Assembly (NCBI GenBank): GCA_964016885.1
Contig: OZ024740.1
Coordinates: 402,628,001 to 402,692,000, forward strand
Length of the DNA: 64,000 nucleotides
Direction: 5' to 3'
From: Eledone cirrhosa
Lineage: Eukaryota
Program-made: the position numbers and the translations under genes
Notes under the pieces: generated by a model
What the model saw: the letters and a program-made list of their open reading frames with translations, nothing else
Told to the model about the DNA's origin: nothing
The model's database searches: none
In this document: piece by piece, positions 42,332 to 57,008 of the stretch
How positions within the stretch are numbered: position 1 is the first letter of the stretch
Layout: the number at the start of each line of letters is the position of its first letter

Positions 42332-42776
42332 ATTCTTTGGGAGGGTCATGTTGCCAATAAGAAACACACAAATTCAGAAACGATATATATATATATTCAT
42401 ATATAAACATGCATACATACATATATACATATATATACATAAACTCAGAAAAAGCCCATACGATCGAAGTTGGTGATATAAAACGTGAGTGAAGAGAGAA
42501 AATGGAAGAGGAAAAATAAGACTGATGTGACGAAGATATATGTGATTTCATGGCACTTCTGGGATTTCTGTTGACTTATTGTGAAATAAAGAATTTCGTT
42601 TGTCACTTTAATAACGTTTCAGAAACGAGATGTCTTTATTGGTGAAATCTCCGCGTAATTCAGAAAGAAATGGTTACTCTTAATATCACAAAAACCTACA
42701 AAATGTGTAGCAGTACAATTGCAGCATTTTTATATATACATATGTATATGTAGTTAAGTACACACAGACACATACG

Positions 42777-42812
<36 letters not shown>

Positions 42813-43041
42813 TCTCTCTCTCACCCTCTCTCTCTCTGTCTCTCTCACTCTCTCTCTCGCTCTCTCTCTCTCTCTCTATCTATCTATCTTTCTATCTCTC
42901 TCTCTCCCTCTCTATCTATCTATCTATCTATCTATATATCCCTCTTTCTCTCTCTCTCTCTGCCTCTCTCTCTCCCTATCTCACCTTTTACCTCTCTCTC
43001 CCCCTCTCTCCCTGATTCACTCCCTCCCTCTATTCCTATGT

Positions 43042-43093
<52 letters not shown>

Positions 43094-43169
43094 ATGTATG
43101 TTATATATATATAAATGTTTTATATATATATATACATTTTATTAATATTATTGATATCTATCTATCTAT

Positions 43170-43480
43170 CTAGGGCGGGTAAAACTCCCGAGATCTATAG
43201 ACGAGTTCTCTCCAGCGGTGTCTGTCCCTCATTATCGCTGAAATGTCCTGCGTCTCCAACTGACCAGTGTCTGTCCTTAGGACATCAATATACGTTAACC
43301 TTGGTCTTCCTCTTCCAGTGTGTCCATACAGGGGCTCCCACAGGAGCACTGAGTGCAGTGTCAACTCTGGATGTCGGTGAGTATGTCCAGCCAACCTCAG
43401 TCTCCTCTGTGTCACTTTTGAGCTGATTTTTAGGAGGCTCCCATACAGCTGGGAGTTTTTCATCCTCAGTGTATACTGAT
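43170..43480 (-). mobile_element. RTE LINE 3' end, same family as 25986
   Basis: MKNSQLYGSL...RRLRLAGHTHRH...GRGRPRLTYID. A further 3' tip lies at 61479-61522. Confidence 0.9.
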
Positions 43481-43496
43481 ATATATTTATATTATT

Positions 43497-43684
43497 AGGT
43501 GGATTGGCAGTATCCGTAGAGAGTCGGACGCCATGCTTTGACGCAAACAGTTACGGCCCTTCCCATTCTGAGTTCAAATCCCGCCGAGGTTAACTTTGCC
43601 TTTCATCCTTACGGGGTCGATAAAATAAAGTACCAGTAATACATTGATAATTGCTGGCCTTGTGCCAAAAGAACAAAGAATTAT
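43497..43684 (+). mobile_element. Family A SINE
   Basis: Full-length match to family A. Confidence 0.9.
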
Positions 43685-43685
43685 T

Positions 43686-43720
<35 letters not shown>

Positions 43721-44453
43721 AACACTGTCTGTGTGTGTGTGCGAAACCATAGATTTCGCAAAACTAATTAACCACCCAATCGTGTACGTGAAATTGACTG
43801 AAAACATCAAGAAAGGTTGCGCTCATTCCAGTTGTCGTACGATTGAAGGGGAATGGTGTTAGTAAAATAAATTGGATGGACCAAACTTTCATGGAGCCCG
43901 TAATTGAACATTTTACAGTGTATCATATTTTATTTATGTTAGTAAAAAACAAATTCCTTTGAGCCCTCTAAATATTGTTTTAAGCTGGTTACAATCTAGA
44001 CATCCATATATATAGTCCACCACTGATGGTAATGAAAGTGTATTGAGGTTATTATTCAGTTTATTTCTGTATGTATAGTGGGATAATTATCTATATTAAT
44101 AGTTTCTCATAGCGTTTAATCGTTTAATGCCTCGTTACTCACATATTGTTGGTATGTATGTTTGCATGAATACGGACCCACACATTCATACACACATACA
44201 CATTTATATATATAATATATTTATATGCATCCCTATACAGCTACACTATGAATGTATTTACATCGCTATATGTGAAAAACAATGGTTACATGGAACATAG
44301 AAATACAGGTGGAACTGTAGATCAACGAATTCATCAATAATTTATATTGTTATTATTATTATTCAAATTTCGTTTTCACTGTACATAGACAAATACATAC
44401 AATTATGTACACACAAACACCCAATTATGCACACACGCACGCACACACACACT

Positions 44454-44488
<35 letters not shown>

Positions 44489-46118
44489 TTTTTTTTTTTT
44501 TAATATACATATATATGTATATATAACGTATATACACAGACACACATCCATCTTTATTAAATATTACCGGTATTTATGTTAGTTTCTAAAATATTTGCAA
44601 GGTGAAAATAATTCGTGCCCCGAACTGTTATGTCGTAGTGTCCACAATATAATAATTCCACTGTGTACAAAGTTGTAGAGCCTTTTTATATATCGACAAA
44701 TAGGTATATTTAAGAAGATTTCTTGAAAAAGGTGACAGAATTTTCAAGTAAAACTCAACATTGAATGAATTGATTTTGCCTGCTGCAAAAGGAAGATAAG
44801 AGCAAAGTTTTAATCTTCCATTAAACCATTCATCCTTATGCATTGTTGTGTTCACTACTACAAAAGCAGCTCACTATAAAAACTATTTTTTTAAATCTTA
44901 CAAACTGCATACATAACTCATCATATAACAAATTCTGAAAAATCTGAATTACTTGTTCTTTATAATTTTAACCTCTATCCTTACAAAGATACTGCGATAA
45001 TGCATATGCTTGTCTTGTGCAAACTAGAGGAAAATATCCATATTTGGACTTAAATATTTTTTCCTTTCAAAATAACACTAAGGTAGCTTTGTACATAATA
45101 GGGATTTATATGAAGACCTATACTATATTTCTGTACAATATTTTCCATAGATGTGTGAGAATGCCAGACGGCTGATTCAAGATTCGATAATCTCTCATAT
45201 TTAAATTACAAACATATATGCATACATACATCCATACATGCATACATACATACAATGTATATATATACAAGCATGCATGTATACATAATACATATATACA
45301 TATATACATGTATACATACATACAAGCACAATCTGATATAAACCAAGTCATACATTAAATGAATGAACACCCAATACATATAATTGGCGAATATATTTTG
45401 TTTTACAGAGAAAATATTCGCACACATACTAGAGACACACATATATATGTAGTATATATATATAATTTATGTTATTAATGTGATGTTATGTTATTTTGTG
45501 ATATATATATATATATATATATATACATAAGCATAGAGACATACACATATAGCTGTGTGTTTAATGTCAGAGTGTGTGTTTGTGTGTGCATGTTTGGCTG
45601 TGTGTGTGCGTCTACATATGCAGCACATATCTCTATACTTGAGTGTTATTTGTCCTTATGTTATGGTAATGACATAGCCGGATTTAATTTAATATCGCAG
45701 AACAACTGTTTATGCCTCCATTATATACAGTTTGTTGGCTTTACTTCTCTATTAAATTATTTTCTCACTCCATTGTAAAATGTGATGAAGGGTGACACGG
45801 ATTGGCCAAGACTCTCACTGCTAACTAAACAGAACGTCATTTCTGACTAACATACTTATTTCTCATATTATCGCTCATATAAATTTCCACAGATTTCAAA
45901 CAAATGCTATATAATATTTATTCTCTTTGGTCTTTTTTTTATGATTTTCATTCCTCAATATTTATTATCGGTTCTGCTGTTTTGTCTCATGTTACAGCCA
46001 CTTTAGACAGCCCTGTAATTTTATGTGTTAAACCTTTCTTCTATTTTCTGTTTTGTTCTCCAGATCCCATTTGCGTTTATCTTTCGTAATATTCATTAAA
46101 TCTGATTAACATATATAT

Positions 46119-46173
<55 letters not shown>

Positions 46174-46182
46174 AATTTATAA

Positions 46183-46261
<79 letters not shown>

Positions 46262-46337
46262 CGTATATATATGTGAGTATATATATATATATATTGCGTA
46301 TTTCCCCTATATATATATATACATACACACATACACA

Positions 46338-46398
<61 letters not shown>

Positions 46399-47104
46399 GA
46401 AATACGCAAAAAATAGGGGACGGTAGAAAAGGAAAAGGAGAGAAATAAACAGGATGCAGAGTAGTATTGCTTTTAAAGCACAATTGTCATGGAAAACTTT
46501 CTAATTTACGAGACAACTTTTAATACTGAATATTACTCTGTGGCTTCTTGAACACTCCACAAAATGATAAGATTGAAAGAAAATGTGTTTCTGTATTCTT
46601 TTGTCTGTTCTTCAGCTCAACTTTAACACGAACAACCTATATTTTCACTTCAAAATGACAACTTTCACTATGTGTTCCTCTAATTCAATTGCTCTCCAGT
46701 AATGTCAACTAAATCATGCTTAATAAGCGCATGCGCCTATCATCGTTAAATGACTTTTACCATCTGTGTTATCTCCTCTCCCTTATTTTGCTATTTCTTT
46801 CTGTCTAAGTTTATTTTTGTTTTCGTTTTCTTTATATATTTGTCTATTCGGCAACCAATTCTTTTCTTCATTCTTGATTTTACCCTCATGGAATATGGTT
46901 ACTTTTGTTATAAAGGGGATCTGAAAAAGGGAAATGATGAAAGAAAAGAATAAGTGAAATGCACATATAAATGTCTCTGATGTGTATATTATACATATGT
47001 GTGTGTGTGCGTGTATATATGTATACACACAGTTATAAGTGCTCAATGTAACGTTTTTTATTAGGATTTTGTCGGTTCTGTGAAGTATGAACTTGTATGA
47101 ATTA

Positions 47105-47372
47105 ACGTCTACGTGATTGAGTTTTCCACAGATAGGTGTAACCTTAACGTATTTCTCTAGCCGAATCAGCGGGACTCATATGTGTGAGAGGACTTGGCCT
47201 TTAAATTACAGCACACCACTCCCGACAGATTTTCGACACAGTTTTTTCCAGTTTTAATCACATGACAGAGGAAGATCCAAGGCTATGGCAAAAACACTTG
47301 CCCAAATTGCCAAGGATTGAAATCGAACCCTGGACCTAATGATTTCAAAGCGATCCTCTTAATCACCTTGCT
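47105..47372 (-). mobile_element. Degenerate SINE remnants (families B/C)
   Basis: aacacttgcccaa...gaaatcgaaccc...cttaatcac gives a minus-strand B box ggttcgattt. Confidence 0.45.
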
Positions 47373-47517
47373 ATGTTTGTGGTCACATAAACGGATAATA
47401 TAAATCTACATCCGAACTTAGTTTGAACCTGCTTTGCTAAACCGCTGTCGCAGGTATCTGAATTCACAGTTATATGCATATTCTCTTTCTTTCACCCTCC
47501 TAATTTATGTGCCTACC

Positions 47518-47588
<71 letters not shown>

Positions 47589-48249
47589 TACTCACTCACT
47601 CACTATTTCTCTCTCTTTTTTATATATCTCTCTCTATATATATGTATATATATATATATATCAAGAGAGAAAGAGCATCAATGAAATAGAGGGTGAGAGC
47701 GAGAGAGCTAGGCATAAATAATACGTAGAAAAGAAGAAATTGAAATGACAAGACGCCTGATAGAAAGACTGCCGGACAGAGCGAGTAGTAAAAAATGTGA
47801 GAGATAAATAAAACTGAAAGAAATGATGGTTGATTAATGAAACAGTTTACGACATTCTGCCAGAGAATCTGTCGATAATTGTTCTTATAGACATAATTAC
47901 AACAGTTCCCGACTCCACTGGCTACTGTTATATTCTACTGTTGTATTTCAGGCCATTGAAGGATTTTATTCATTGGGAGCCAATATTGTTGTGTCTTTGT
48001 TTGTGTTTGTGTCTGTTTTTCGTGGGCGTATATGTGTTTATATTTGAATTAATAGCGGTTTGTGTCTTTTTGTGTTATTGTATTTTTTTTTTTTTTTTAA
48101 TATCTGGCTGTTTCATTTGTGCGTTTATGAACCTGTAACTTTATCTATCATCGATTAACGTCTATTTACCTTCCTAGCAAATAAATATATATATATGTAT
48201 TTACATATACATCTGCATGTCTGTAATATATATATATATATATATATAT

Positions 48250-48442
48250 AACGAAGGAAATGTGGTAAGGAACCAGGTGGACCATAGCGCACCAAAGTAC
48301 TCAATACTTAGGGTAGTAGAGTGGGTAATAGGAACGAGTAAGACCCCGATGGCTGAGCTCAAGCCGTTTCGACGGGTAATTCTGGACTCAGAATTAGCCG
48401 TCGAAACGGCTTGAGCTCAGTCGTCGGGGTCCTACTCGTTCC
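48250..48442 (-). mobile_element. Second copy of the 7143 HHR fold-back element, opposite orientation
   Basis: Tail 48250-48330, then palindrome 48331-48442 around loop GACT. Flanked by (TA)n. Confidence 0.85.
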
Positions 48443-48448
48443 TATATA

Positions 48449-48665
<217 letters not shown>

Positions 48666-49624
48666 GTGTGTGTGTGTGTGTATACATATATGCGCGTGTG
48701 TATGTGTGTGTGCTCGCGCGCATTTAATGTTGGAATCTGTAATGATTTATATATATATTTATTTATGTGAAAAAAACGAACATTTCCAAACTGTGTTTCA
48801 TTCGATCACTCCGTCAGTTGACCCTTAACACATATCTCCACTCACTTGTATGTTGTTGGTTATTTCAACATTTTTTTAGTATGTGTATGTATATGTTTAG
48901 TGGTAAGAAACTGTCGGGAGAGCTGGGCAGCGGAAGGTCTTCAGAAAAGAACTCAAGCAGGTGTTTCTGCCCTTAACTTCATACACTCCTTGGTGTCCTT
49001 CTAAATCTGAATGTGTTTGTGTGTACATTTGTGATTTGTGTGTTTTCTAATGTTTTCTTTTATGTAGGTGTGTTTTTATATGTTGTTCATTTGTGTAGTT
49101 ATGTGTTTTATTAATCGCAGATGCAGTAAATATGTTATATTCTAACGTCCTGTTTCATGTATTTTTCGATAGATAAAAATAAAATAGTAGCCATTTTATC
49201 TCTCTATGTGTGACTAAGTTTCAGAAAGACCTTTCAAGGGCTAAATTAAATGTAATAGTCGGATGTGTTACCATAAAACTATGACCAATTTACTTAACTT
49301 TCTACGGGTTGGTCAGTACAGGCACCAGCAATAATGACCTCGTGGCGCTACGTTCATAATATAAAATAGAGGTATTGTTTGATTTGGTTTCGTTTGATTT
49401 CACGTGGGGTTGTTTTTTTTTTTGGGGGGGGGGTATACTGAACTACATTTGAGGGTACAGTTCTTGATGTGAGTTGAACTCCACCAAACTGACTTGATAT
49501 TATAAATCATAATGACGGTGTGTTCTGTTATACTACTGCAATACGTTGAAGACTTAGCACATGTATTATTGTTTCAACATAGTTTGTATGCATATATGTG
49601 TGTGTATGTATGTATGTATGTGCT

Positions 49625-50040
49625 GGGAGAGATGAGCTCTTAGCCTTTGTCAAGGCAGAATTCTAGGAGAAGGAAAACTCTGATATAACACCTGCAACCC
49701 TGATGGTATCCAATGATGTTGACTTGTTCTTCATTTTGGTAAATATCATCTTGGTTAAGAGAGTGGGACTGGCTTTGTGCAGTGCCTTTGCTCACTATAA
49801 AAGCTTCACGGCACAGGCATTGCTTTATATCTGGAGATCTCTCTGCACTTGTCGTCACATGGGCCCAGCACTATGCGTCAATAATTGTCACAAGTGTAGT
49901 GTTTGTACCAGAGTTTTCAAGTCGCTGGCTGGACTAAAAAGTTACACTCGTTCAGCGCATCGGTAAGGGTTCTCCTACATGGATATAAAGTAGTGGCCGT
50001 ACTCGAAAACGAGTTGGCAGCCACGATGTATGTATGTATG
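49625..50040 (+). mobile_element. Non-autonomous bipartite RTE derivative with (TATG)n tail
   Basis: The 5' UTR motif ctaggagaaggaaaactctga is joined to a C2H2-like remnant HKCSVCTRVFKSLAGLKSYTRSAHR, then hairpin ctcg-aaaa-cgag and a tatg tail. Confidence 0.8.
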
Positions 50041-50235
50041 GAAACTGGGATAATCCGTTATAAAACCTGAGGGTGGAATTGGCTCAGTGCACAGTCTTTC
50101 CTCACTTTAAACAAATCTTCACGCACAGGCATTGCACGATAGAATTAATTAATAATTATTCATAATGGTATATCGTGCAATGGCCATACTCGGTAACGAG
50201 GGGGCGGCCATCATGTATGCATGTATGTATGTATA
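50041..50235 (+). mobile_element. Shorter related RTE-derived element in tandem
   Basis: Shares cttcacg(g)cacaggcattgc and tggcc.tactcg.{4}cgag...gg..gcca followed by tgtatg repeats. Confidence 0.6.
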
Positions 50236-50466
50236 TACGTGCATATGCATGTATGAGTGTATATAAGTATGTATGTATATATATATACGCGTATGTGTTC
50301 GCCTGCGTGAGCACAATCTGAGTGGTTTTGTGTTTTTTAAATCGTGTCTGTGTATTTACATGATATTAGGTGATGGGATGTTCGCATCAGAGTAATAGTG
50401 TGTATGTTTCAATGCAAACCTTCAAACAGTGTAAAACTATCAATTGTTTATGCGTATATACACCCG

Positions 50467-50511
<45 letters not shown>

Positions 50512-51859
50512 ATGGGTTTGTGTTTACGTGTTAGGACTTATAGCACTAAACGTGTTAAGACTCTGTATGTGAATATGTGCTAAGGTTTAATGCCTGTTGT
50601 ATTCGTGGTAACTTCCCTCCTATATTCCTGTGTGTATACGTTTATCATCGGCACTTATGTGTTCTATGCTTTGCGACTTAATGATCATGCGTAATTATGT
50701 TTAATTTATGTTTGATGGATATATGTGTTCATGTATATCGTACTATAGTGTGTGCTTTTTTATACTCGCTTGTCATATTCTTTTTTTTTTTCCTTTTATC
50801 TGTTTTCGTCATTATTCTGGTCTTTTGTTTAGCTTTCGCTTTAAATATTCTCATTTTGTTTTATAAATGTATGTGAAAAGGATGGCGTGTCTACACAATT
50901 GAACAAGTCTGAATATGTGAGCTTCCGTATATATCAGATGTACTTATACGTACATGCATGTGTTAGATTGATTGTGTTCATATATAAGCGCATATGTGTG
51001 TATGTGAGTGACTGCTTGTTTTATCTCATTCTTTCATTCGGTTTGTTTTCATTTCATTATTTGATTGTCGAAAGAATTGACCAGATTTATACAAACTTGA
51101 ATTGACATTATTGAATGAAACTGCGAAATTTTATATGAGTTACACTCAATGAAGTATTGAAGTTTAATTACATTTTAACGAGGAATTCATTCCATTCTTT
51201 CCAGCTTATTGATATAGCCTAATAAATTTCTCTTCTATCTTTGTTGCTTCAGCAACTTCTGTCCCGTTCTCGTCACGTTACACCTAGCTGCAGTAGTGGT
51301 CACGTGCCTGAAAAATTCGCAGGGGGAACCATAATTTCCTCGTGATATATTGCCCATTTACGATCAACAAACGCGTGTACGAGGTTTGCTCATACTCTCA
51401 ACTTCACATTTATGAATGTGTGAGTGTCTATACGTGGAGAGAGATGCATGATGAAGATAATTTCGATGTCTGTTTAATTTTATGTGTGTACTGAGATTAG
51501 TAATATTTAAACAAATATAAGTTTAAAGCGAATGAAATGACGATTTGTCCAGCCTGTTCTCCGAATTTTACACTTAACCGTGGATAGATTGTGTAGTGCT
51601 AAAAGAAACAGTCAAATTGTTAATGTCTTTGTCTTATTTAGCGGTTGAGGCGTTTAAGGCGTATATTAAGATAACATAAAATTCAAAGCTATTTGATGAT
51701 TTATATCACTGCAGAGATGTTATAATTGATATGAAATCTGCTTGCATAAATTGTGATATTCAGTATACTCCACTTATTTGTTTTTCGTTTACATTGGGGT
51801 TCGAATTTATCTCTCATCACTGGGTATCAATATAGCTACAACATTGTAACGGACTTTAC

Positions 51860-52950
51860 TTCCTACCTCGACAGATTGCCACCACTCTCGGTGACTGACG
51901 CAAGGTGTTGAAAAAGGTCGATAACAGCAGACGAGTTACTTTATGGGTTTTATGTAAATATATCAGGCTTCTACTCAAATATCCCCGAAACTATCCACTG
52001 CAACTGGCAGAAGAACTGGAAAATCCCAGTTTTGTGAGCCGGTTCGTAGTAACGCTGATGAAGGAGGACGTGAACAAGAAGGACGTCATCAATAATGTCC
52101 GGCCCATAACTCTGCTAAACATAGAGTTTTAGATTAGGACCAAAGAGCCATGGTTGGTGATTGTCATCGAGAGCCTGTTAGGGGAGGTCCTGACGTGCGT
52201 AATCTCGACCAGGTCCATACAAGATACCCTCTACCCCGTGCGTTACATCAGAGAGATGGAAGGGAGTAAACCAGGGTTCGTTGGGTCTCTTATCAATTTG
52301 GATCAATCACAAGCTTTCGATAGGGTCGACCATCGATACATGGTGGCTTTCCACAAGGCGAACAGATACAGTCCCGTCTTCAGAGGCTGGATTGCAGCAG
52401 TTCCCAGCGGCAACTATTCGATGATCAAAGTGAATGACCACCTACCGGAACCGTTCCAGATCATATGGTCGGTTGGTTAAGCATGTAAGTTCACTTCCCT
52501 TCTGTACATATTGACTCAAGTGCCATTACTGTGGAAGCTGGATTTGTTGCAAGAAATCCTGTTCCAACTGGAAAGTGTAAAGTACTGCGTCAGAATATAC
52601 TGACCACGCCACTGCGATGGTGTTGAACACCTCAGAAATAGAGGTGCTCAGCATCATTATAGTGGATTATGAAAGGGTGTCGGGAGAAAAAATTGACGCG
52701 AAAAAGTGGGTGGGTTTGCAGCTCGGCACCTGGAAAGACAAATCCATGCCATTCAATAGCGATGTCGAACGCTGTACGGACGGACCGGTGAAGTTGCTCG
52801 GAGTCTAGTTTAGATCAGAGCTCCAGGTGGATCAGAAGTAGGATGACATAATGAGCAGCATGGCCACCCTCTCCCCAGAAATAGGCCAAGAAGAGCTATC
52901 CCTGAAAGGTGGGATGGAAGTGGCAAACGCGTGGATCGCGTTGGTCTTGT
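51860..52950 (+). mobile_element. Degenerate Tx1/L1-like LINE RT fragment
   Basis: TLMKED...NVRPITLLNIEF, RSIQD, and SLINLDQSQAFDRVDHRYM...MIKVND. Many stops and frameshifts. Confidence 0.85.
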
Positions 52951-52979
52951 GCGTAAATCAGAAATCATTATTATTATTA

Positions 52980-53585
52980 TAGGTGGTGTATGATTGATAG
53001 AATCTGTAGAGCGTCGGACAACAAGCATTGCGGCTCCATTACGGCCCTTTTCTCTCTAAGTTCAAATCTCGTTGAGGTTAGCTTTGCCATTCATCCTTAT
53101 AGGGTTGATGAAATAAAGTACCAGTAACGTACTGGATAAATTTAATCGACTTTCCCCTCCCCAAATGTATTGCTCTTATGCCTAAATAAGAAGCCATTAT
53201 TTAGGATTGGCTCCCGGTGGATTGGCAGTATCAGCAGAGGGTAGGACGCCATGGTTTGCAGCATAGAGTTACGGCTCTTTATGAACTGAGTTCAAATCCC
53301 GCCAAGGTTAACTTTGCCTTTCATCCTTATGGAGTCGATAGAATAAAATACCAGTAATGCACTGGATAATTGCAGGCCTTGTGCCAAATCTAGACACAAT
53401 TATTTAGGATTGGCAATATCAGTGGAGCGTAGGACAATATGCTTTGCAACATATGGTCATGACCTATTCCCTTCTGAGTTTAAATCTCGTGGAGGTTACC
53501 TTTTACCTTTCACCATAACGGGTCCGATCAAATACAGTAGCTGTAACGAACTATGAGGGATTTAATCGACTTTCCCACCCCTTAA
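52980..53585 (+). mobile_element. Three tandem family A SINE copies
   Basis: Copies start at about 52980, 53215 and 53407, each with a B box and central block. Confidence 0.85.
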
Positions 53586-54252
53586 ACATAATTATTACAT
53601 TTAACATTGAGCATCGAGTAATAGAGCGATGTTGATGCTCACATTGTTAGAGACGATATTTTAATATATCTATTGAGTATGTGTATATATGTGTGTATAT
53701 GTGTACGTGTGTAAATGTGGTTGTATGTATGTTTTGTGTTTGTGTGCATATGTGTGTCTGCATCAGTGTGTGTGTGTGTGTTTGGTTTTGAATGAAACAC
53801 GCTATATAGTGTGACAGATGGGTGTTCAACAAGATTGCTGCAGATTTGAATTTCCTGTATATGTGTTTGATGAATTGCTACATTTTATTTGGCTGTGGAT
53901 AATACGATGTGATATAGTCATGTAGTGTTGTCATATAACAGTATTGAAGATGGAGCTGATAATATTCATTTGGAAGCTGTTAGCAAATGTTTCAAAATAA
54001 CTTAATGAATGGCATGTGTATAAGAATGTGTATGTGGGGAAACTACGTGTTCCATAGCCGTCTAGCAGTTTATATTGTAGACTGGAATGAAATGATGATG
54101 GATATAAAGTAAGTCTAATATTGTAAGTTAAAAAAGAATGAGCTTACCAAAAACAATGCAATATTCACGTATCTGAACGAGATTTCATTATTATCACCAT
54201 CATCATCTCAACCACCACCTCAATGACATCTACCATAAGCAGCAGCATTATT

Positions 54253-54437
54253 TGGATTGGCAGTATCAGTAGAGAGTCGGACGCCATGCTTTGACGCATA
54301 GAGTTACGGCCCTTGCCATTCTGAGTTCAAATCCCGCTGTTAACTTTGCCTTTCGTCCTTACGGGGTCGATAAAATAAAGTACCAGTAATGCAATGGGTA
54401 ATTGCTAGTCTTGTGCCAAAAAGAAGAAACAATTATT
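54253..54437 (+). mobile_element. Family A SINE
   Basis: Full-length match to family A. Confidence 0.9.
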
Positions 54438-55694
54438 TACATCACCATTGTTAGTTCGTGGCTTTGGGCATCCGGTTTCTCAGACTAAATTAAGTAACAA
54501 TTTCAGCAACGAAAGACCACATGACTGATTTGCAAGAAGTCGTTCAATAACACACTTTACCATCTAGCTCACATACACGCTGTTTCACCTATCTGACTTT
54601 TCTAGTTCTACACGAGTGGCTCCTGTGATTCCTTCCAATCCTTACTTCTCAAAACGTTGGCTTTCTGAAATTCCGTGCTGGCCTAAGTCTTTTCCTGTTA
54701 CCGTCAACTTGCAACTCTTCGGGGGGTAATATTAACCGCTTCGATGTCACCGGTATTGGAAACTTTGTACGAACTCTTCCGCCAGACTAAACAAAATATA
54801 CAAAAGCAAAATACTATTTATTTCATTCGTATTAGAGTTTTGCATAGAAAGTCTGCATTATTATATTTTTTAATATAAAATTTGTTGTTCAAACCAGTAT
54901 TGTTAACAAGTAAATTTCTAATACCATTTGGATGTAAGAGATAATTCTGTTTGTTGAGTGAGATTAATATCTCAGACACTACTCAAAATATAATAACGTG
55001 GTCATTATTAGAAAATCTCACCAAAAAATCAATAGGAATTTCATGATTTCAACATATCTTTTTTATTCAATGTGTTTTAATGTGTTTTTTATTCATTTAA
55101 TCAATGGAAGATGAAAAGAATTATGATCGTTTTCAGATTCGTTGAATATCAAAAATATATTCATTGAGAATTATTCTAATTAATAAATAGAAGATTAATA
55201 TTATTATAAAATATGTTTTAATACAGTACACACAAACACATACTTGTTCTCAAACTCTAGTATGCATATATATATATATATATGTACGTACGTGCGTATT
55301 ATTATATATATATGTGTGTGTGTGTGTCTGTCTTTGTGTGTGTGTGCATGTGTGTGTGTGTGTGTTCGTATGGGGTGTTTATAAACAAAATATACGATCT
55401 TAGTGCCAGATACCTAGAGAAAGAATGATGCTAAAAAATCGAGAGAAAGTTATATAGACAAATTTACTAATCAAAGTAAACATAAACAGATTCTGCTTCA
55501 CAAATTTCCAGGTCCTACAAATTATGCATATCAATATAAGTTTATGCCAAAACGCTGGATGTATCTTGATGTATATACAATTCTCGTCTAGGAAGTTAAC
55601 TGTGAGATGATCCATCTTTCAGTGTAAGAGTCTTGAGGATACATATGGATGCTTAAACTAAAATAAAGGGTTCATTCATCTGGTTATATCTAAA

Positions 55695-55886
55695 ATAATT
55701 GTTTCTACTTTTTGTCACAAGACCCGCAATTACCGAGTACATTACTGGTACATTATTTTATCGACCCCGTAAGGATGAAAGGCAAAGTTAACCTCGGCGG
55801 GATTTGAATTCACATCATAAAGGGCCGTAACTATATGCTGCAAAGCATGGCGTCAGACCCTCTACCGGTACTGCCAATCCACCACC
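55695..55886 (-). mobile_element. Family A SINE
   Basis: Reverse-complement match to family A. Confidence 0.9.
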
Positions 55887-55945
55887 CTGTGTGTTTATAG
55901 AAGAATATGTTTTATTATTATTTATTTACTTTGCTTTATATATTG

Positions 55946-55951
55946 TCTTCT

Positions 55952-55983
<32 letters not shown>

Positions 55984-56325
55984 TTCTTCTTCTTCTTCTT
56001 GGTTCCGTGCCGGTTGATTTTACCCACAATGATTCGTTCCTAGGACATTCACACTACATGCCCGTGTTATCAGAGCTGTGATCTGTCAACTATCTGACAA
56101 CTTGGAGATGTAGTGGTTATATCTGGAGTGACTCCCTTATCTCCGAGATACGCACTCAATCGAGTAACGTTACTCCTACGACCCTTGAGAGGGACCCCAT
56201 ATCAGCTGCTTGTACTTGCGATCGTATTCTTTCGCTCATTACCCAAGATTCATGGCCAGATGTAATGGTTGGCACTTATACCGAAGTGCAGCTAAGGAGC
56301 TCGATATATATAGGATAAGTATCTA
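55946..56325 (-). mobile_element. Degenerate RTE (Expander/Rex3-like) LINE 3' fragment with (GAA)n tail
   Basis: The minus strand translates VPTITSGHESWVMSERIRSQVQAADMGSLSRVVGVTLLD*VRISEIRESL. (CTT)n at 55946-56000 is the tail. Confidence 0.75.
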
Positions 56326-56494
56326 AACTTGATCCAACATCGTTTGAACGCAGCTGAAATATATTCCACATAGTACAAAAGCTATAGAGCTCATGGCGAT
56401 AATGTAACAGTGTCGCACCACAAAATGTTAGAAGTTGTCGGGACCATAAGAAATATAAATTGCTAAGAACAGAAAGTAACTTATACAAATTAAG

Positions 56495-56695
56495 AGCTTA
56501 TAAGGCCAATAATTTTGGCGAGAGGAAAAAGTCGATTAAATCGACCCCAGTACATTACTGGTGTTTATCGACCCCATGAGGGTGAAAGGCAAAGCTAACT
56601 TCGGCGGAATTTGAACTCAGAACGTAAAGAGGCGTATATCTATGCAAGAAAGCATGGTGTCCGACGCTCCACCGTAACTGACAATACACCGCCCT
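56495..56695 (-). mobile_element. Family A SINE
   Basis: Reverse-complement match to family A. Confidence 0.8.
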
Positions 56696-56721
56696 TAATA
56701 TAAGATTATTATTATAGGCTG

Positions 56722-57008
56722 GTTAATTTGAGGGAGGGAGGAGTGCTCTTCCCGGGTGCCCTCGAAGCGGCGGGAGGTTCAGGATTGGTGGGGTTCCTGA
56801 GTCAACTCTGGGTGGTTATCCCTCTTATTGGGGAATTTTCATTGTTGTATTTTTCTTGTTTATTGTTATTGTTTTCCTATTTTTTACTCCATTTTATGTA
56901 AAACCCCCACTGTCCCCGTCTATTGCATCGTCCCCTATATGTCGGCGCCTGTGGCCAATAAATAAATGAAATAATAAATGAAATATTATTGTTATTATTA
57001 TTATTATT
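56722..57008 (+). mobile_element. Solo 3' UTR of a Tx1-like LINE with (ATT)n tail
   Basis: Colinear with 59205-59480 (gggtgc.ctcgaag...gttcaggatt...ctgggtggt...tattggggaatttt...cccctatatgtcggc...ccaataaa). Confidence 0.8.

Noticed and set aside
49703-49966. Host C2H2 zinc-finger gene
   Set aside because: It is a single finger remnant inside a multi-copy RTE-derived element with a tatg tail.
54600-54787. Minus-strand exon candidate after ttttgtttag
   Set aside because: All frames hit stops before a convincing donor, and no protein was recognised.
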